NCBI GenBank assembly: GCA_050287085.1
Contig: JBNKBE010000010.1
Span: 1 to 64,000 of the forward strand
Direction: 5' to 3'
DNA length: 64,000 bases
Source: Polyangiaceae bacterium
GTDB lineage: Bacteria; Myxococcota_A; Polyangia; Polyangiales; Polyangiaceae
A program made the translations under genes and the position numbers. Positions 10,561-21,660 of this stretch are shown here, one piece after another. Position 1 is the stretch's first letter, and every line of letters starts with the position of its first letter. The notes beneath the pieces are model-generated. The model saw only the letters and a list, made by a program, of their open reading frames with translations. It was not told the origin of the DNA and searched no databases.

Positions 10561-12414
10561 TTAAGCCGATGAGGGCGTCGCGTCGTCTGATGCCAGATCG
10601 GGGACGGATTGAGGCTCCGGGCGCGACTGTGTAGCGGGACTGCTGCTTGTGTCCAAGCCGTCAAGCTCGATGTCAGAATGGCTGGGGCGTGCCGCCGCGT
10701 CGGACCATTCGCGTTGTGCGCCTTCAGCGCGCTCGGTCGCGTTCGCGGCTGCTTCCAGGCATTGGTCGTAGCGGGCTCGAAGAGCGGCTAGTTGTGCGCG
10801 CATTGCGTCCCGCTCTGCGCGGGCATCCCGTTCGAAGCTGCTCAAGCTGCGTTGTAGCTGGTTAAGCTGGTAGCGTACATCGTCAGCGCGTGACTTCGCT
10901 CTGTGGTGTTGCTCCAGGACTTCGGAGTATTCACCCTCACGTTTGCTGAAGGCTACGAATGCTTCTCTGGCACGCCGCAGCACTCCGGCGTCCTGTTTAG
11001 AGAGATGCATTCCGGGTTCGAATGGAAGAGGTAGGATCTCCGACACCAGCTCATTCAGGTTGGCTATGCTCTTGTCGCGCGCGGTGGCTGCCGTCTGGAG
11101 GCATGCGTCTAGCTCTCCCAGCTTGGCACAGTCGCGGGCGACGACCGTGGTGAGTTGCTGAACTGCGTGGTTGAGTTGTGCTGCTCGCGTCTCCCGAGAC
11201 CGTTCTGTTCGATCGATGTTGTGCTTTGCGGCGAGGACGGCATCTTGTGCCTGTCTCAAGGCGGTGAGTGCATCTTGGGCCTTGGCCAGCTCGGATTCGA
11301 TTTCCGTGCACGAGCGAGCCAGCAGTTGCGATAGGCGTGTCTGCAGTTGCTCCGACAGCTGCTGTGGGAGTAGCGCTTGGGGGGAGTAGGTCGAGAGTGG
11401 ACCGCTTGTGGACCGGGGTTCGTCTAGATCGAGGGCTGCCAGCAGAGCCTGAGCGCTGGGGTACCGTGCGGCGGGAGCCTTCTGCAGCAGACGATCGACG
11501 ACGTGGGCAAGCGATGAGGGCACCTGGGGTGCCAGGGAGGCCAGGGGCGGCGGCGAAACGTGCACTTGCGCGTGCATTTGCACGAGTGGCGGGCCTTTGA
11601 ATGGGGGCTGGCCCGCGAGCAATTCGAACAATACACAACCCAAGCTGTAGAGATCGCTTTCCGGCCCGAGCGAGCGTCCTTCGGCTTGTTCCGGCGACAT
11701 ATATTGAGGTGTGCCGAGCACGCTGTGTGATTGCGTTAGCGCGGTGTCGGTGTCGTTCCGCGCGATTCCGAAATCCATGACTTTCACGAAGTCCGGATCG
11801 CGGCCGACGCGACTGAGCAACAGGTTGCTCGGCTTGATGTCGCGATGCACAACTCCGCGCTGGTGAGCGCGCGCCAGCGCGCGGGCGATCTGTCGTACCA
11901 CATGCAGGGCTCGATCCGGCGCAAAGGGGCCGTCGCTTTCGAGCACCGCGCTGAGCGTTCTTCCGCGCACCAATTCCATGATCAACACGGGGGCAGCCCC
12001 TTCGGGGAGCAAGAGATCGATGACGCGGACGATGTTTTCGTGATCGAGCTGTCCGATGTGGCGGGCCTCGCGGATCAGGCGCAGCCGGTAGTCGGCCTTT
12101 GCGGCGACACCCGCGTGCAAGAACTTGACCGCGGCCTCCCGTCCCAACGTGCGATGGCGCGCACGGTATACCCGGCCGGCGCCGCCGCTCCCCAGGCGTT
12201 CCAGGATTCGGTATTCGCCCGCCAACAGACCGATCCGGGCGTCGCCTTCTGGTACCATCGGCGCTCCGTCGTTGGGGCATACGATGTCCTGCGAATGGGC
12301 CAGGTAGCCGCAGCGCAAGCACCTGCGCCACGAGGTCTCTTCTTGCGGCGCAGGACTGCCGGGTAGGGCGAACGCCTCCTGGAGCAGGGCGTCAAATGCG
12401 TCGTCGTCGCTCAC
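10561..12414 (-). CDS. Hanks-type Ser/Thr kinase with N-terminal Zn-ribbon-like motif and C-terminal coiled coil
   Basis: GSGGAGRV, AVK, HRDIKPSN, DFG, GTPQYMSPEQ, DLYSLG; CLRC-x10-CPNDG. GTG start at 12414 overlaps the sigma-factor stop (GTGA). Confidence 0.9.
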   Translation of the reverse strand: MSDDDAFDALLQEAFALPGSPAPQEETSWRRCLRCGYLAHSQDIVCPNDGAPMVPEGDARIGLLAGEYRILERLGSGGAGRVYRARHRTLGREAAVKFLHAGVAAKADYRLRLIREARHIGQLDHENIVRVIDLLLPEGAAPVLIMELVRGRTLSAVLESDGPFAPDRALHVVRQIARALARAHQRGVVHRDIKPSNLLLSRVGRDPDFVKVMDFGIARNDTDTALTQSHSVLGTPQYMSPEQAEGRSLGPESDLYSLGCVLFELLAGQPPFKGPPLVQMHAQVHVSPPPLASLAPQVPSSLAHVVDRLLQKAPAARYPSAQALLAALDLDEPRSTSGPLSTYSPQALLPQQLSEQLQTRLSQLLARSCTEIESELAKAQDALTALRQAQDAVLAAKHNIDRTERSRETRAAQLNHAVQQLTTVVARDCAKLGELDACLQTAATARDKSIANLNELVSEILPLPFEPGMHLSKQDAGVLRRAREAFVAFSKREGEYSEVLEQHHRAKSRADDVRYQLNQLQRSLSSFERDARAERDAMRAQLAALRARYDQCLEAAANATERAEGAQREWSDAAARPSHSDIELDGLDTSSSPATQSRPEPQSVPDLASDDATPSSA

Positions 12415-13034
12415 AGCAGACCTTCGCGCTTGGCGAAGGCCTTGAGCTTCTCTTTGGCGCTCTTGAAACGCTGTCGGAGTCGTGCGGCCTCGCGCGTCAG
12501 CTCGTCTTCGTCTGGGGCCGCCGCGTCTTCGTCGAAGCTCATTGCGAGAGCTAGTTCGCGCCAATCGAGCGCGCGATCGAGGCGCAGCGTAAGAAGCACC
12601 TGATCGTCGGGTGAGAGCTGAGCACGAAGGTCTCTGAAGCGGTCCTTCACCTCCGTCTTGAGAAAGGGCAGTGTTGCTGTGCGCACGCGCTCCACCACCT
12701 CGGAGACACCAGCTCGGCTCAGTGCGAGGTTGCGTTCGGGGCGATGTCCCGCCGCCTTGCGATAGTTGACCGCACTGTTGCGGGCTATGGCGTAGCAGTA
12801 GCCGCGTGCCCCATTGCGCCAATCGAAGCGGGGCAGATTGCGCCACAACCGTTCTACTACGTCGGAGTACACTTCAGATGCTGCCTCCACGTCACCTAGG
12901 CGCGAGACGAGAAATCGCAGTAGCTCCGCGCCGTAGGCCTCAACCAGTCTCGTCATACCCTGATCGTAGTCGCCGGCTCCGCAGGCGCGTCGCGCGTTCT
13001 CTTCGAGCGACTCTTGAGTTGCGTTCGCGGCCAT
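12411..13034 (-). CDS. ECF sigma-70 factor
   Basis: Region 2 (YGAELLRFL..LWRNLPRFDWR..YAIARN) and region 4 (LSPDDQVLLTLR..LDWRELA..LRQRFKSAKEKL). Confidence 0.88.
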   Translation of the reverse strand: MAANATQESLEENARRACGAGDYDQGMTRLVEAYGAELLRFLVSRLGDVEAASEVYSDVVERLWRNLPRFDWRNGARGYCYAIARNSAVNYRKAAGHRPERNLALSRAGVSEVVERVRTATLPFLKTEVKDRFRDLRAQLSPDDQVLLTLRLDRALDWRELALAMSFDEDAAAPDEDELTREAARLRQRFKSAKEKLKAFAKREGLL

Positions 13035-13123
13035 GGAGTTGCAAACATACCCAATAGTTGCCAGAAGGCAAAGAGCCCCACTTCGAGTTGCTCGGAGTGG
13101 GGCAGGGATCGCCTCTGCGAAGG

Positions 13124-14005
13124 TCAGTTTGAGCGGCAGTCACCGGTTTGGCGGAACCAACGTTTGCCGTCCAGAAACACCTTGTTGTCCCGCACAGACA
13201 GAGCGTGAATGGCTTGAGTGCCGTCATGGTAGTGCAGTAGTAATTGACCTTCTTGTGTCGAGTAGCGGCCACTACTCCCATTGGTAACAGCGCCCGATCC
13301 GAGCCCCGATACGCTACTTGCGTTGAAGCTGCGCCGGAACGTGCCGTCGCCGCAGAGGTGTAGGATCGTCTGCTCTGAGTAGCCTGAGACGGTGTGATAG
13401 CGCACCAAACGGACAGCGGAGAGGGGTGGCATGGCGCTAGCGGAAGGGCTCGACTCCGGGGCGCTCGGCGGGCTACTCGGGGATGCGAAGGTGAGTGAGC
13501 GTTGGAGGTGTTGGGCCGCGCTTCTAAGCGTGCCCCGCTCTCCTGGAGGTGCGATCGCGATGATTGCGACACCGACTCCATTTTGCCCAACCACCGTATC
13601 GACATCGGCAAGCAGGCCGTTTGTTGCTCCGGCAACGGAATACCCACCGTGTACGCGTTGCCCTTCGACACTTGGCGGAAAGAGGGGAACGAGTTGGAGC
13701 CCGCCGCCAAGATCGAGGGTCGTGGCCATTTCTCGCTTTGCGTCAGCGAGTGTCATCTGATCGGCAGTCATGAGAATTCGGCCCGAGCCCGTGTGCGGAG
13801 CCAAAACAAAGACGCTGGTGCCCTCGGGCAACATGCCACGGAAGCCTGTTGGGACTTGGAACGTGACGCCGGCGCTGGGGACCTTGAGCTGGGCCGGTGC
13901 GTCGTAGGTCACCCCGGGGCTGAGCATTTTGGGGGCTGCGCTGGCGAGCTGACTCGCGAGCGAGAGGGTTGTTGCAATGCAGAGTGAAAGGAAAGTCTTG
14001 GTCAT
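13124..14005 (-). CDS. Secreted hypothetical protein
   Basis: Signal peptide MTKTFLSLCIATTLSLASQLASA; two beta-rich domains joined by a Ser/Pro linker. Confidence 0.75.
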   Translation of the reverse strand: MTKTFLSLCIATTLSLASQLASAAPKMLSPGVTYDAPAQLKVPSAGVTFQVPTGFRGMLPEGTSVFVLAPHTGSGRILMTADQMTLADAKREMATTLDLGGGLQLVPLFPPSVEGQRVHGGYSVAGATNGLLADVDTVVGQNGVGVAIIAIAPPGERGTLRSAAQHLQRSLTFASPSSPPSAPESSPSASAMPPLSAVRLVRYHTVSGYSEQTILHLCGDGTFRRSFNASSVSGLGSGAVTNGSSGRYSTQEGQLLLHYHDGTQAIHALSVRDNKVFLDGKRWFRQTGDCRSN

Positions 14006-14040
14006 GGCGTTGCTTCTCGGGGGGTAGCGCCTTGTGCAGG

Positions 14041-15750
14041 CTAGGCAGTGATGTCGATGCTGCTGAGGGTGGCTAGCACCTGCGCTAGTGTTTGCGAGTA
14101 TGCGCTTGCGAGGGCCTGAGCGAGTGAGTTCAGGCTGGCGGGAGTCTTCTGGCTAGCGTTCCACAGCGCGCGGGCTACGTGGGTCAGGGTGAACCCGGCG
14201 GACTTCAGGCTCTTGGCCAGGGTTGTCATGCTATCGCCATAGGCAGATTTCATGGCGGTAGTGACGGCTGTTAGCGTGTAGCCAGCTCTCTTGAGAGCGA
14301 GCGCAGTTTGTTCGGCGTTGGTGTTCAGCTCTTGCTTGAGGGCCGCGGCGATGTCGCCGGCGGAGAAACTGACCGCCTTTAGAGTGTCAGCTACCTGCTG
14401 GGTTGTTGCGTGCATGCCCCGTTTCAATGCGCGCGCAACCTGGCGTGCACTGCGCCCTGAACTGCGGAGCAGTCGGGCTACCTGAACCCGGTTTCGTCCA
14501 AGGTAGGTCTGGAGTAGAGTTGCTACCTGCTCTGGGGTCCTCCCTGCTTCGAACAGTGCTTGACAGAGCTGCTCTTCATCCAGGTCCCCTCCAAGCGCTG
14601 CCTTGACCGCGGCAATCGTTTCTCCGAAGTCGCGACCGGCCTCGAGCAGTCCGCGGACTAGGCGTCGTGTGTTGTGACTGGTGGCACGCGCAACCGCACG
14701 GGTAGCTTGCTGGAGGTCGTAGCCGGCGCCAAGCAGCGTCGACACCATCTGCGCGACGGTCTTGCCCTGAGCATGCAGAGCCTCAGCCAGCTCCCATACG
14801 GTCTTCTTGCCGCCTTCTTCGACGACGTATCCCAGGGTCTTGTGCGGTTTGGCCGTGAGGTTGCCGAGGCCCTCAACGATGTGGCGGGAATCGCTAACGT
14901 ATTGTCCATAGCCAAAGGCGCCGTACGCAGGCAGGGAGTAGAGACTGCTTTCCTTGTAGCTTTCCGCGATGGCGTAGTCGAAGCGCGCGCCTCCAAGCCA
15001 GTGGCGCATGAAGTGATAGTACTGCTGCGGCATGTAGTTGTTCTTGTGGCCGATGGTACCGTTGACGACCTTGGCGCCCGCGTCACGCCAGTTGTCCGTC
15101 AGCGTACCGCTGACGCAATTCATTTGATAAACGGCGCCAAGCTCCAGTCCGCCGATCTTCTTTACGCCCTCAAAGAAGCCGCTTCCAAACGAGGCAGCTT
15201 GTTCGTCGGGCGCGGGCTTACCACCGATGAAGCGTTCCGCCGCGCCGTGCGCCAGGACGTGTACGTCAATGATGTGGGAGGGGGCCAGGCGTCGAAGCTC
15301 GGACAGCGCTCGAGTCGGGTTCATTTGCGCATCCTCGAGGACGACGATTCGATCGTAGAGACCTCGGGCGTTCTGCGCCATCGAGAGACCCTTGGCGACT
15401 TCTTCGATGACGAGATCGCTATTGATGCGACTGAAAGTCTCGAAGTCGACTTGCTGAACGCGCCATGCTCGCGGGTTGAGGCAGCGCGGGTTGTCCGCGA
15501 TGACAGTCCCCAAGCGAGCCACCATTTGAGCGGGGCTTTCGCCAGGATTCAGGGCGAAGCCGAGGGTGCCGCAGCTTGCGAGTGGGAGCCGAACCCGGTG
15601 GTTGGAGCTGGAGAGATCGGGCAGGTTGGCTTTGACGCCCCCGTTTTCCAGCAGGACGAGGAGGCCCTTTTTCTTGGCGGCAGCGCTGGCCTCCGAGGCG
15701 AACGCGAGGGATAGAACAGCGAGAGCGAGGGCGCTTGTGAGCTTTGACAT
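14041..15750 (-). CDS. Secreted protein, putative caspase/CHAT-like His-Cys peptidase domain plus 29-aa helical repeats
   Basis: Signal peptide; VHVLAHG...VYQMNC...AGAKVVNG; about 7 C-terminal repeats L-x-x-AG-(Y/F/R). The CDS is well supported; the function is inferred. Confidence 0.72.
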   Translation of the reverse strand: MSKLTSALALAVLSLAFASEASAAAKKKGLLVLLENGGVKANLPDLSSSNHRVRLPLASCGTLGFALNPGESPAQMVARLGTVIADNPRCLNPRAWRVQQVDFETFSRINSDLVIEEVAKGLSMAQNARGLYDRIVVLEDAQMNPTRALSELRRLAPSHIIDVHVLAHGAAERFIGGKPAPDEQAASFGSGFFEGVKKIGGLELGAVYQMNCVSGTLTDNWRDAGAKVVNGTIGHKNNYMPQQYYHFMRHWLGGARFDYAIAESYKESSLYSLPAYGAFGYGQYVSDSRHIVEGLGNLTAKPHKTLGYVVEEGGKKTVWELAEALHAQGKTVAQMVSTLLGAGYDLQQATRAVARATSHNTRRLVRGLLEAGRDFGETIAAVKAALGGDLDEEQLCQALFEAGRTPEQVATLLQTYLGRNRVQVARLLRSSGRSARQVARALKRGMHATTQQVADTLKAVSFSAGDIAAALKQELNTNAEQTALALKRAGYTLTAVTTAMKSAYGDSMTTLAKSLKSAGFTLTHVARALWNASQKTPASLNSLAQALASAYSQTLAQVLATLSSIDITA

Positions 15751-16069
15751 TCTGGGTTTTCCTTTCTGGAGCTTCGCTCCGTTGTTTGGAAAACCGGGTC
15801 GGTGGGGGATGTGAGGAAAAAAGGAAGCCCGAGCGCAACTCAGGTCTCACCCAGGTGGTGATTGTGATGCGGTGTAGGCAGGTCCAGGCGTCCAAAGCGC
15901 CAGACGTGATGACGCGCACGCCCCGCCAACGCCAGCGGATCGACAGCCCTGTCATTGAGGTCTCGGTCGGCGTCGGTGCTTGGGGCTTGCATACGCAGTC
16001 TACCGCAGCAGCCGTCGTCTTATGGCTTAACGTCGGCCGCGCGTGGGAACAGCCGATAAGAGGTCGCTG

Positions 16070-16588
16070 TCAGTGTTGCCCTGGTGCGCCCGCGTCGAGA
16101 GCTGGCAGCTGAAGGTCGATGGAAACTGTTAGCAGCGCCGAGCAACCCTGGTGCGCCGGGTTATCATCGAGTTCCGCGGTGAGCAGCTGCGACGAGTTCT
16201 CGAACCCGGGTGCAGAAAGGGTGGCCTCGGCAGCGCCGTGGGTCCAAGCCTCGCAATACAATACCTGCGGCGCGCTCGCGTCGGGGCTAGCAGCGGCGTC
16301 TTTGCGCTCTCGCGAACACGAGCCAATATTAGCAGCTTCCGCGCGGGTTGAAGCGCAACACAACACGTCTGGTTCCGTGCTGAAGCCAGCCAGCGTGTAG
16401 CGTGCTCGTTCATCCCCACCGTAGCGCAGCTCGATCGCGAGCTCCGGCGGCAAGGGCTCTTCGTCGGGTGCTGTGATGCGCAGCACGAAAGCGGCTCGCG
16501 GCCGAGGACAAGGGTCTGTTGGTCCACTGCGACAAGCCATGGCCAGAGTGCTCACCGCAACGAGACCGTGCCGCAGTTTGGACGTCAT
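16070..16588 (-). CDS. Hypothetical lipoprotein
   Basis: MTSKLRHGLVAVSTLAMAC lipobox; Cys-containing beta-rich body. Confidence 0.65.
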   Translation of the reverse strand: MTSKLRHGLVAVSTLAMACRSGPTDPCPRPRAAFVLRITAPDEEPLPPELAIELRYGGDERARYTLAGFSTEPDVLCCASTRAEAANIGSCSRERKDAAASPDASAPQVLYCEAWTHGAAEATLSAPGFENSSQLLTAELDDNPAHQGCSALLTVSIDLQLPALDAGAPGQH

Positions 16589-16734
16589 GATTTCCAACCC
16601 CAAAAGAGAAAGACCGGCCCAATGAATGTAGGACCGGTCTCTTCGTATGGCCACGAAATCCGTGACCCATATGAGCCACGGGCCGACTTGTGTCGACCCA
16701 TGGTCACTCAGGCAACTATAGGATTCGTTGCGAC

Positions 16735-18378
<1,644 letters not shown>

Positions 18379-18397
18379 TTAAATCTTGCCGGTGGAC

Positions 18398-18688
18398 TTA
18401 CTTCTCGATGACTCCGAGGATGTCGTCCTCGCGCATGATCAAGTGCTCGACGCCGTCGAGCTTGACCTCGGTGCCGGCGTACTTGCCGAACAGCACGCGA
18501 TCGCCCTTCTTGATGTCTAGGGCGCGAACGGAGCCGTCCTCCAGAACCTTGCCCTTGCCGACGGCAATGACCTTGCCCTCGACCGGCTTCTCTTTGGCCG
18601 AGTCCGGAATGATGATTCCGCCCTTGGTCTTCTCTTCTTCCTCTACCCGCTTAACGATCACTCGGTCCTGCAACGGTCGAATATTCAT
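18398..18688 (-). CDS. groES: Co-chaperonin GroES
   Basis: [43 protein letters not shown]. Confidence 0.99.
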   Translation of the reverse strand: MNIRPLQDRVIVKRVEEEEKTKGGIIIPDSAKEKPVEGKVIAVGKGKVLEDGSVRALDIKKGDRVLFGKYAGTEVKLDGVEHLIMREDDILGVIEK

Positions 18689-18795
18689 GGCTGGTTAGCC
18701 TCCGTATGGTGTTCTCTAAGGCGCTCACGAGCGGAGCGCGAAACGAGTCTGTACATGCGAGCCCGATGAACGGTCTCGGCGTCACTTGCGGGCGG

Positions 18796-18823
18796 AACGT
18801 AGCCACGGCCCTCAGGGTGTCAA
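18796..18823 (-). promoter_or_regulatory. Candidate sigma70-type promoter of groESL
   Basis: TTGACA-N16-TACGTT on the minus strand, about 110 nt upstream of groES. Confidence 0.5.
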
Positions 18824-19029
18824 GGGCGCCCTCCCGCATTTTTTCTTCGGGCTTTTTTCGGCGTTCCGACGTTCAGTGGTGCGCGTCGACCTTTCGTGTC
18901 CGGGTTTTTTGCCCTCGCGGGCGGTCGTGAGCGCAGGTCTGAGCAGGCCGGCCACGCGAAGAGGGGACTTTGTCGTCGTGAGCTGGCTGGGCCTTCCGTT
19001 CTGTCCTGGCTCCTGGCAGGCTGGCTTGG

Positions 19030-21660
19030 ATGCGGTTGGTGTTGCGCTTGGGTTTGTTGCGTCTAGCGCGGGCCTCGACCGCGCTTCTGCTCGTCTCGCT
19101 GGCCTTTCACGCCTGTGCGCCTCAGATGCCGGAGGTCCCTCCGGTGAAGTGGGTTCCGGCCCGGGACCAGATCGATCCTGGCCCGCCCTCCGTCCAAGTC
19201 CCTCGGGGCGCTCTTGGACCACATCTGGTGGTGGGTTCGAGTGGAGCTTTGATGGTCTGGGCGTACAACGCAGACTCCGGCACTGTGTGGTTGACGCGGC
19301 CGCTGGGGCGCGATGCAAAGCCCACGCAGCCACCGGCGCTTGTCGCAGAGGCCCCGAGCTCGACGGGGCATCTAACGGTGCAGCCATTTGCCGGAGGCGC
19401 CATCGGGTTGTCGACGAGTCGGGCAAATGAGACGTCAACCATTGAGCTCGTGGTCTTCGAACTCGACGGTAGCCTCCGCACATCGCCGAGTGCCGTGGTG
19501 CGTACCCCGCATGAGATCGCTTGGGTCGATGTGGTTTCTTTCGAGCGAGGAGGGCTCCTGCTGTGGGCGGTTCGGACCGGGCGGAGCGCCGCTCTATACG
19601 CTTTGCCGCTGACTGGCTTCGGCCAAGGAGAAGGCGAAGTGGTCGCTGTGCACAGTGGCGCGACCGGATGGCAGGCACGTCGCGCCGGGGATGGCGCGAT
19701 CGTCGCCGTGGTCACTGAGAGCTCTGAGTTGGAGTTTCTCGTCCTCGATGAACATGCCCGGCCGATAGTCGAGAACGTGGCTCCCGGCGTGAAGGGGGTT
19801 CGTGCGCATGTCGACATCGTCGATCGTGGCGGGGAGTTTCTGGCGGTATTTGCCGCTAGACACATCGCCGACGACCAGGTCTTCTCCCTGCGTCTGGGCC
19901 CCGACGGAGCCGCGGTGGAAGCACCCCGCCTCGCGGTCCCCCCAATGGGGGAGCAGCGACCGAAGCAGTTGCTCGCCACTCCGCGTGGGGCGCTCTACCT
20001 AGTCTGGGAGTCCGAGCAATACACCGGCAGTTGGCTCTTGGCGGCGCTGCGGCCCGACGGCAGCGTATTGGGTCCAATCGTGACGCTGCCGGTAAGGGGT
20101 ATGCTGCCGCCATCCGTTGCGGTTGATGATCGCGGAGTGGTCGTGCTGCTGGGTGCCTGTGCGTCGCAGGGTGAGCCTTGTTCTACGAACGCGCTCAGCG
20201 AGAGCGCTTCACCGGGCGGGGCGGAGGTGTGGCTATTGTCTCCAGAGCTCGCCTTCATTTCGCGACAACACGTGGCTGTTGATGGTCAACCAGCGGACAT
20301 GGCGTGGGGCGCGCGCTGTCAGGGGGGCAACTGCTACGGCTTGTTGGCGCGAGCGGACGGTGATCGTCAGGTCGTCGCAGCCTCGTTGCAAGTGAGCATG
20401 CCGCAGCGACAGGCGTCGCTAGCGACGCCCGAGAGTCGCCCTGCCGCGGCGCTATTTCCGACCCTTGATTCCGGGGGCATCGTCTCGACGCTTGGGATTC
20501 GCTCCCTTCTAGCGCCCCCGGAGCCGCTCGTTGCCGTGGCCAGTGCGGCCGGTGCGGGGGAAACATTGTTTACGCTGAGCGACTTCGAGCCAAGCACACC
20601 TTACCGGACCCCGAAGCAGCCCGCTCCAGATGGGCGACTGGCTCCGGTGCGAGCCGTGCTGCGTGCATACGACCTCGAGGCGACCGCCGGGGGCGGTGGA
20701 CTCGCGCCGCAGGCGGTGATCTCATATCGCGCACGAAGCGTTGGGGGGCTTGCCGCGGCGAGTCAGGGAGACCGCAATGTGGTTGTCTGGTCCGCCCTTG
20801 ATCCAAAAGTGCCGCAGGTGTTTGCCACCTTGCTGATCGCGGGCAAAGCGGTGACTCAGCGCATGCTTACACGCAACAGGGGAGAGATTCGAACTGTCGC
20901 CGTGGCTCCCGGATTGGAGCAGAAGTGGGCGGTAGCCTGGGTCGATGAGCGCGGGGGGGCGGCGGCGGCTCATCTGATGCTGGTCAGCGAGAAGCTTTAT
21001 CCGGTGACCCATGAGCTAGCTCTACACCAGGGGCTTGAGCCGAGCGTCGTCCGGCTTAGGGCGGAGGGCGATGAGCTGTGGGCGCTAGTGCAAGGGCGAA
21101 GCGTGCGGGGGGACGACGTCGGCCGCGAGGTGATCGTCTTGCGGCGCTTTGAACGGAAGACGATGCTTCCTTTGGGTGAGCCCAGCAGATTGTTGGCGAG
21201 TGACACCCCGCTTCTTTCGGTCGATTTCGCGAGTGGGAAGCGCCCGGCTGTAATCTGGATCCGCGACGGGACAGCTGAAGTCGCGCTGCTCGGACCGCAG
21301 GGGCGCCTGATTGACACGCGCCAGTGGCTGAGCACAGAAGGGTTGGTCCAGATCGCCATGCGTTGTGACGCCAGCTGCCGCGGCGTCGGGGCGGCGAGTC
21401 ACCGGGGGGGGAGCGTATGGCGCGCTGTTGAGCTTGGGCTCGACACGACCACAGCGGCCAGCGTGATTGCGCGTAGCAGTGACGCGGCCGCCGCCGCCGT
21501 GTTACCGCTCATTGCCGCGACCGATGACGTGCTCTTTTACGACACCACCGGTGAAGGCAATATGCGGCTTAACTATGTCAGTTTGGACTGGCACTCGCAA
21601 GTTGGCGCCGAGTCTTCCGAGCCTATTGAGAGGCCGGGAACTGGGGGCGCAGCGCCATAA
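19030..21660 (+). CDS. Large hypothetical lipoprotein, probably two beta-propeller-like halves
   Basis: 876-aa ORF; hydrophobic signal ending AFHAC; repeated short beta strands ending in W (LMVW, LLLW, YLVW, VVVW, AVAW, AVIW). Confidence 0.72.
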   Translation: MRLVLRLGLLRLARASTALLLVSLAFHACAPQMPEVPPVKWVPARDQIDPGPPSVQVPRGALGPHLVVGSSGALMVWAYNADSGTVWLTRPLGRDAKPTQPPALVAEAPSSTGHLTVQPFAGGAIGLSTSRANETSTIELVVFELDGSLRTSPSAVVRTPHEIAWVDVVSFERGGLLLWAVRTGRSAALYALPLTGFGQGEGEVVAVHSGATGWQARRAGDGAIVAVVTESSELEFLVLDEHARPIVENVAPGVKGVRAHVDIVDRGGEFLAVFAARHIADDQVFSLRLGPDGAAVEAPRLAVPPMGEQRPKQLLATPRGALYLVWESEQYTGSWLLAALRPDGSVLGPIVTLPVRGMLPPSVAVDDRGVVVLLGACASQGEPCSTNALSESASPGGAEVWLLSPELAFISRQHVAVDGQPADMAWGARCQGGNCYGLLARADGDRQVVAASLQVSMPQRQASLATPESRPAAALFPTLDSGGIVSTLGIRSLLAPPEPLVAVASAAGAGETLFTLSDFEPSTPYRTPKQPAPDGRLAPVRAVLRAYDLEATAGGGGLAPQAVISYRARSVGGLAAASQGDRNVVVWSALDPKVPQVFATLLIAGKAVTQRMLTRNRGEIRTVAVAPGLEQKWAVAWVDERGGAAAAHLMLVSEKLYPVTHELALHQGLEPSVVRLRAEGDELWALVQGRSVRGDDVGREVIVLRRFERKTMLPLGEPSRLLASDTPLLSVDFASGKRPAVIWIRDGTAEVALLGPQGRLIDTRQWLSTEGLVQIAMRCDASCRGVGAASHRGGSVWRAVELGLDTTTAASVIARSSDAAAAAVLPLIAATDDVLFYDTTGEGNMRLNYVSLDWHSQVGAESSEPIERPGTGGAAP

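Noticed and set aside
12415..12846. N-terminal extension of the 761-aa kinase ORF
   Set aside because: It is an alternate frame of the sigma gene; the coupled GTG at 12414 is the more plausible start.
18689..19029. CIRCE operator upstream of groES
   Set aside because: No TTAGCACTC-N9-GAGTGCTAA or convincing variant was found by eye.
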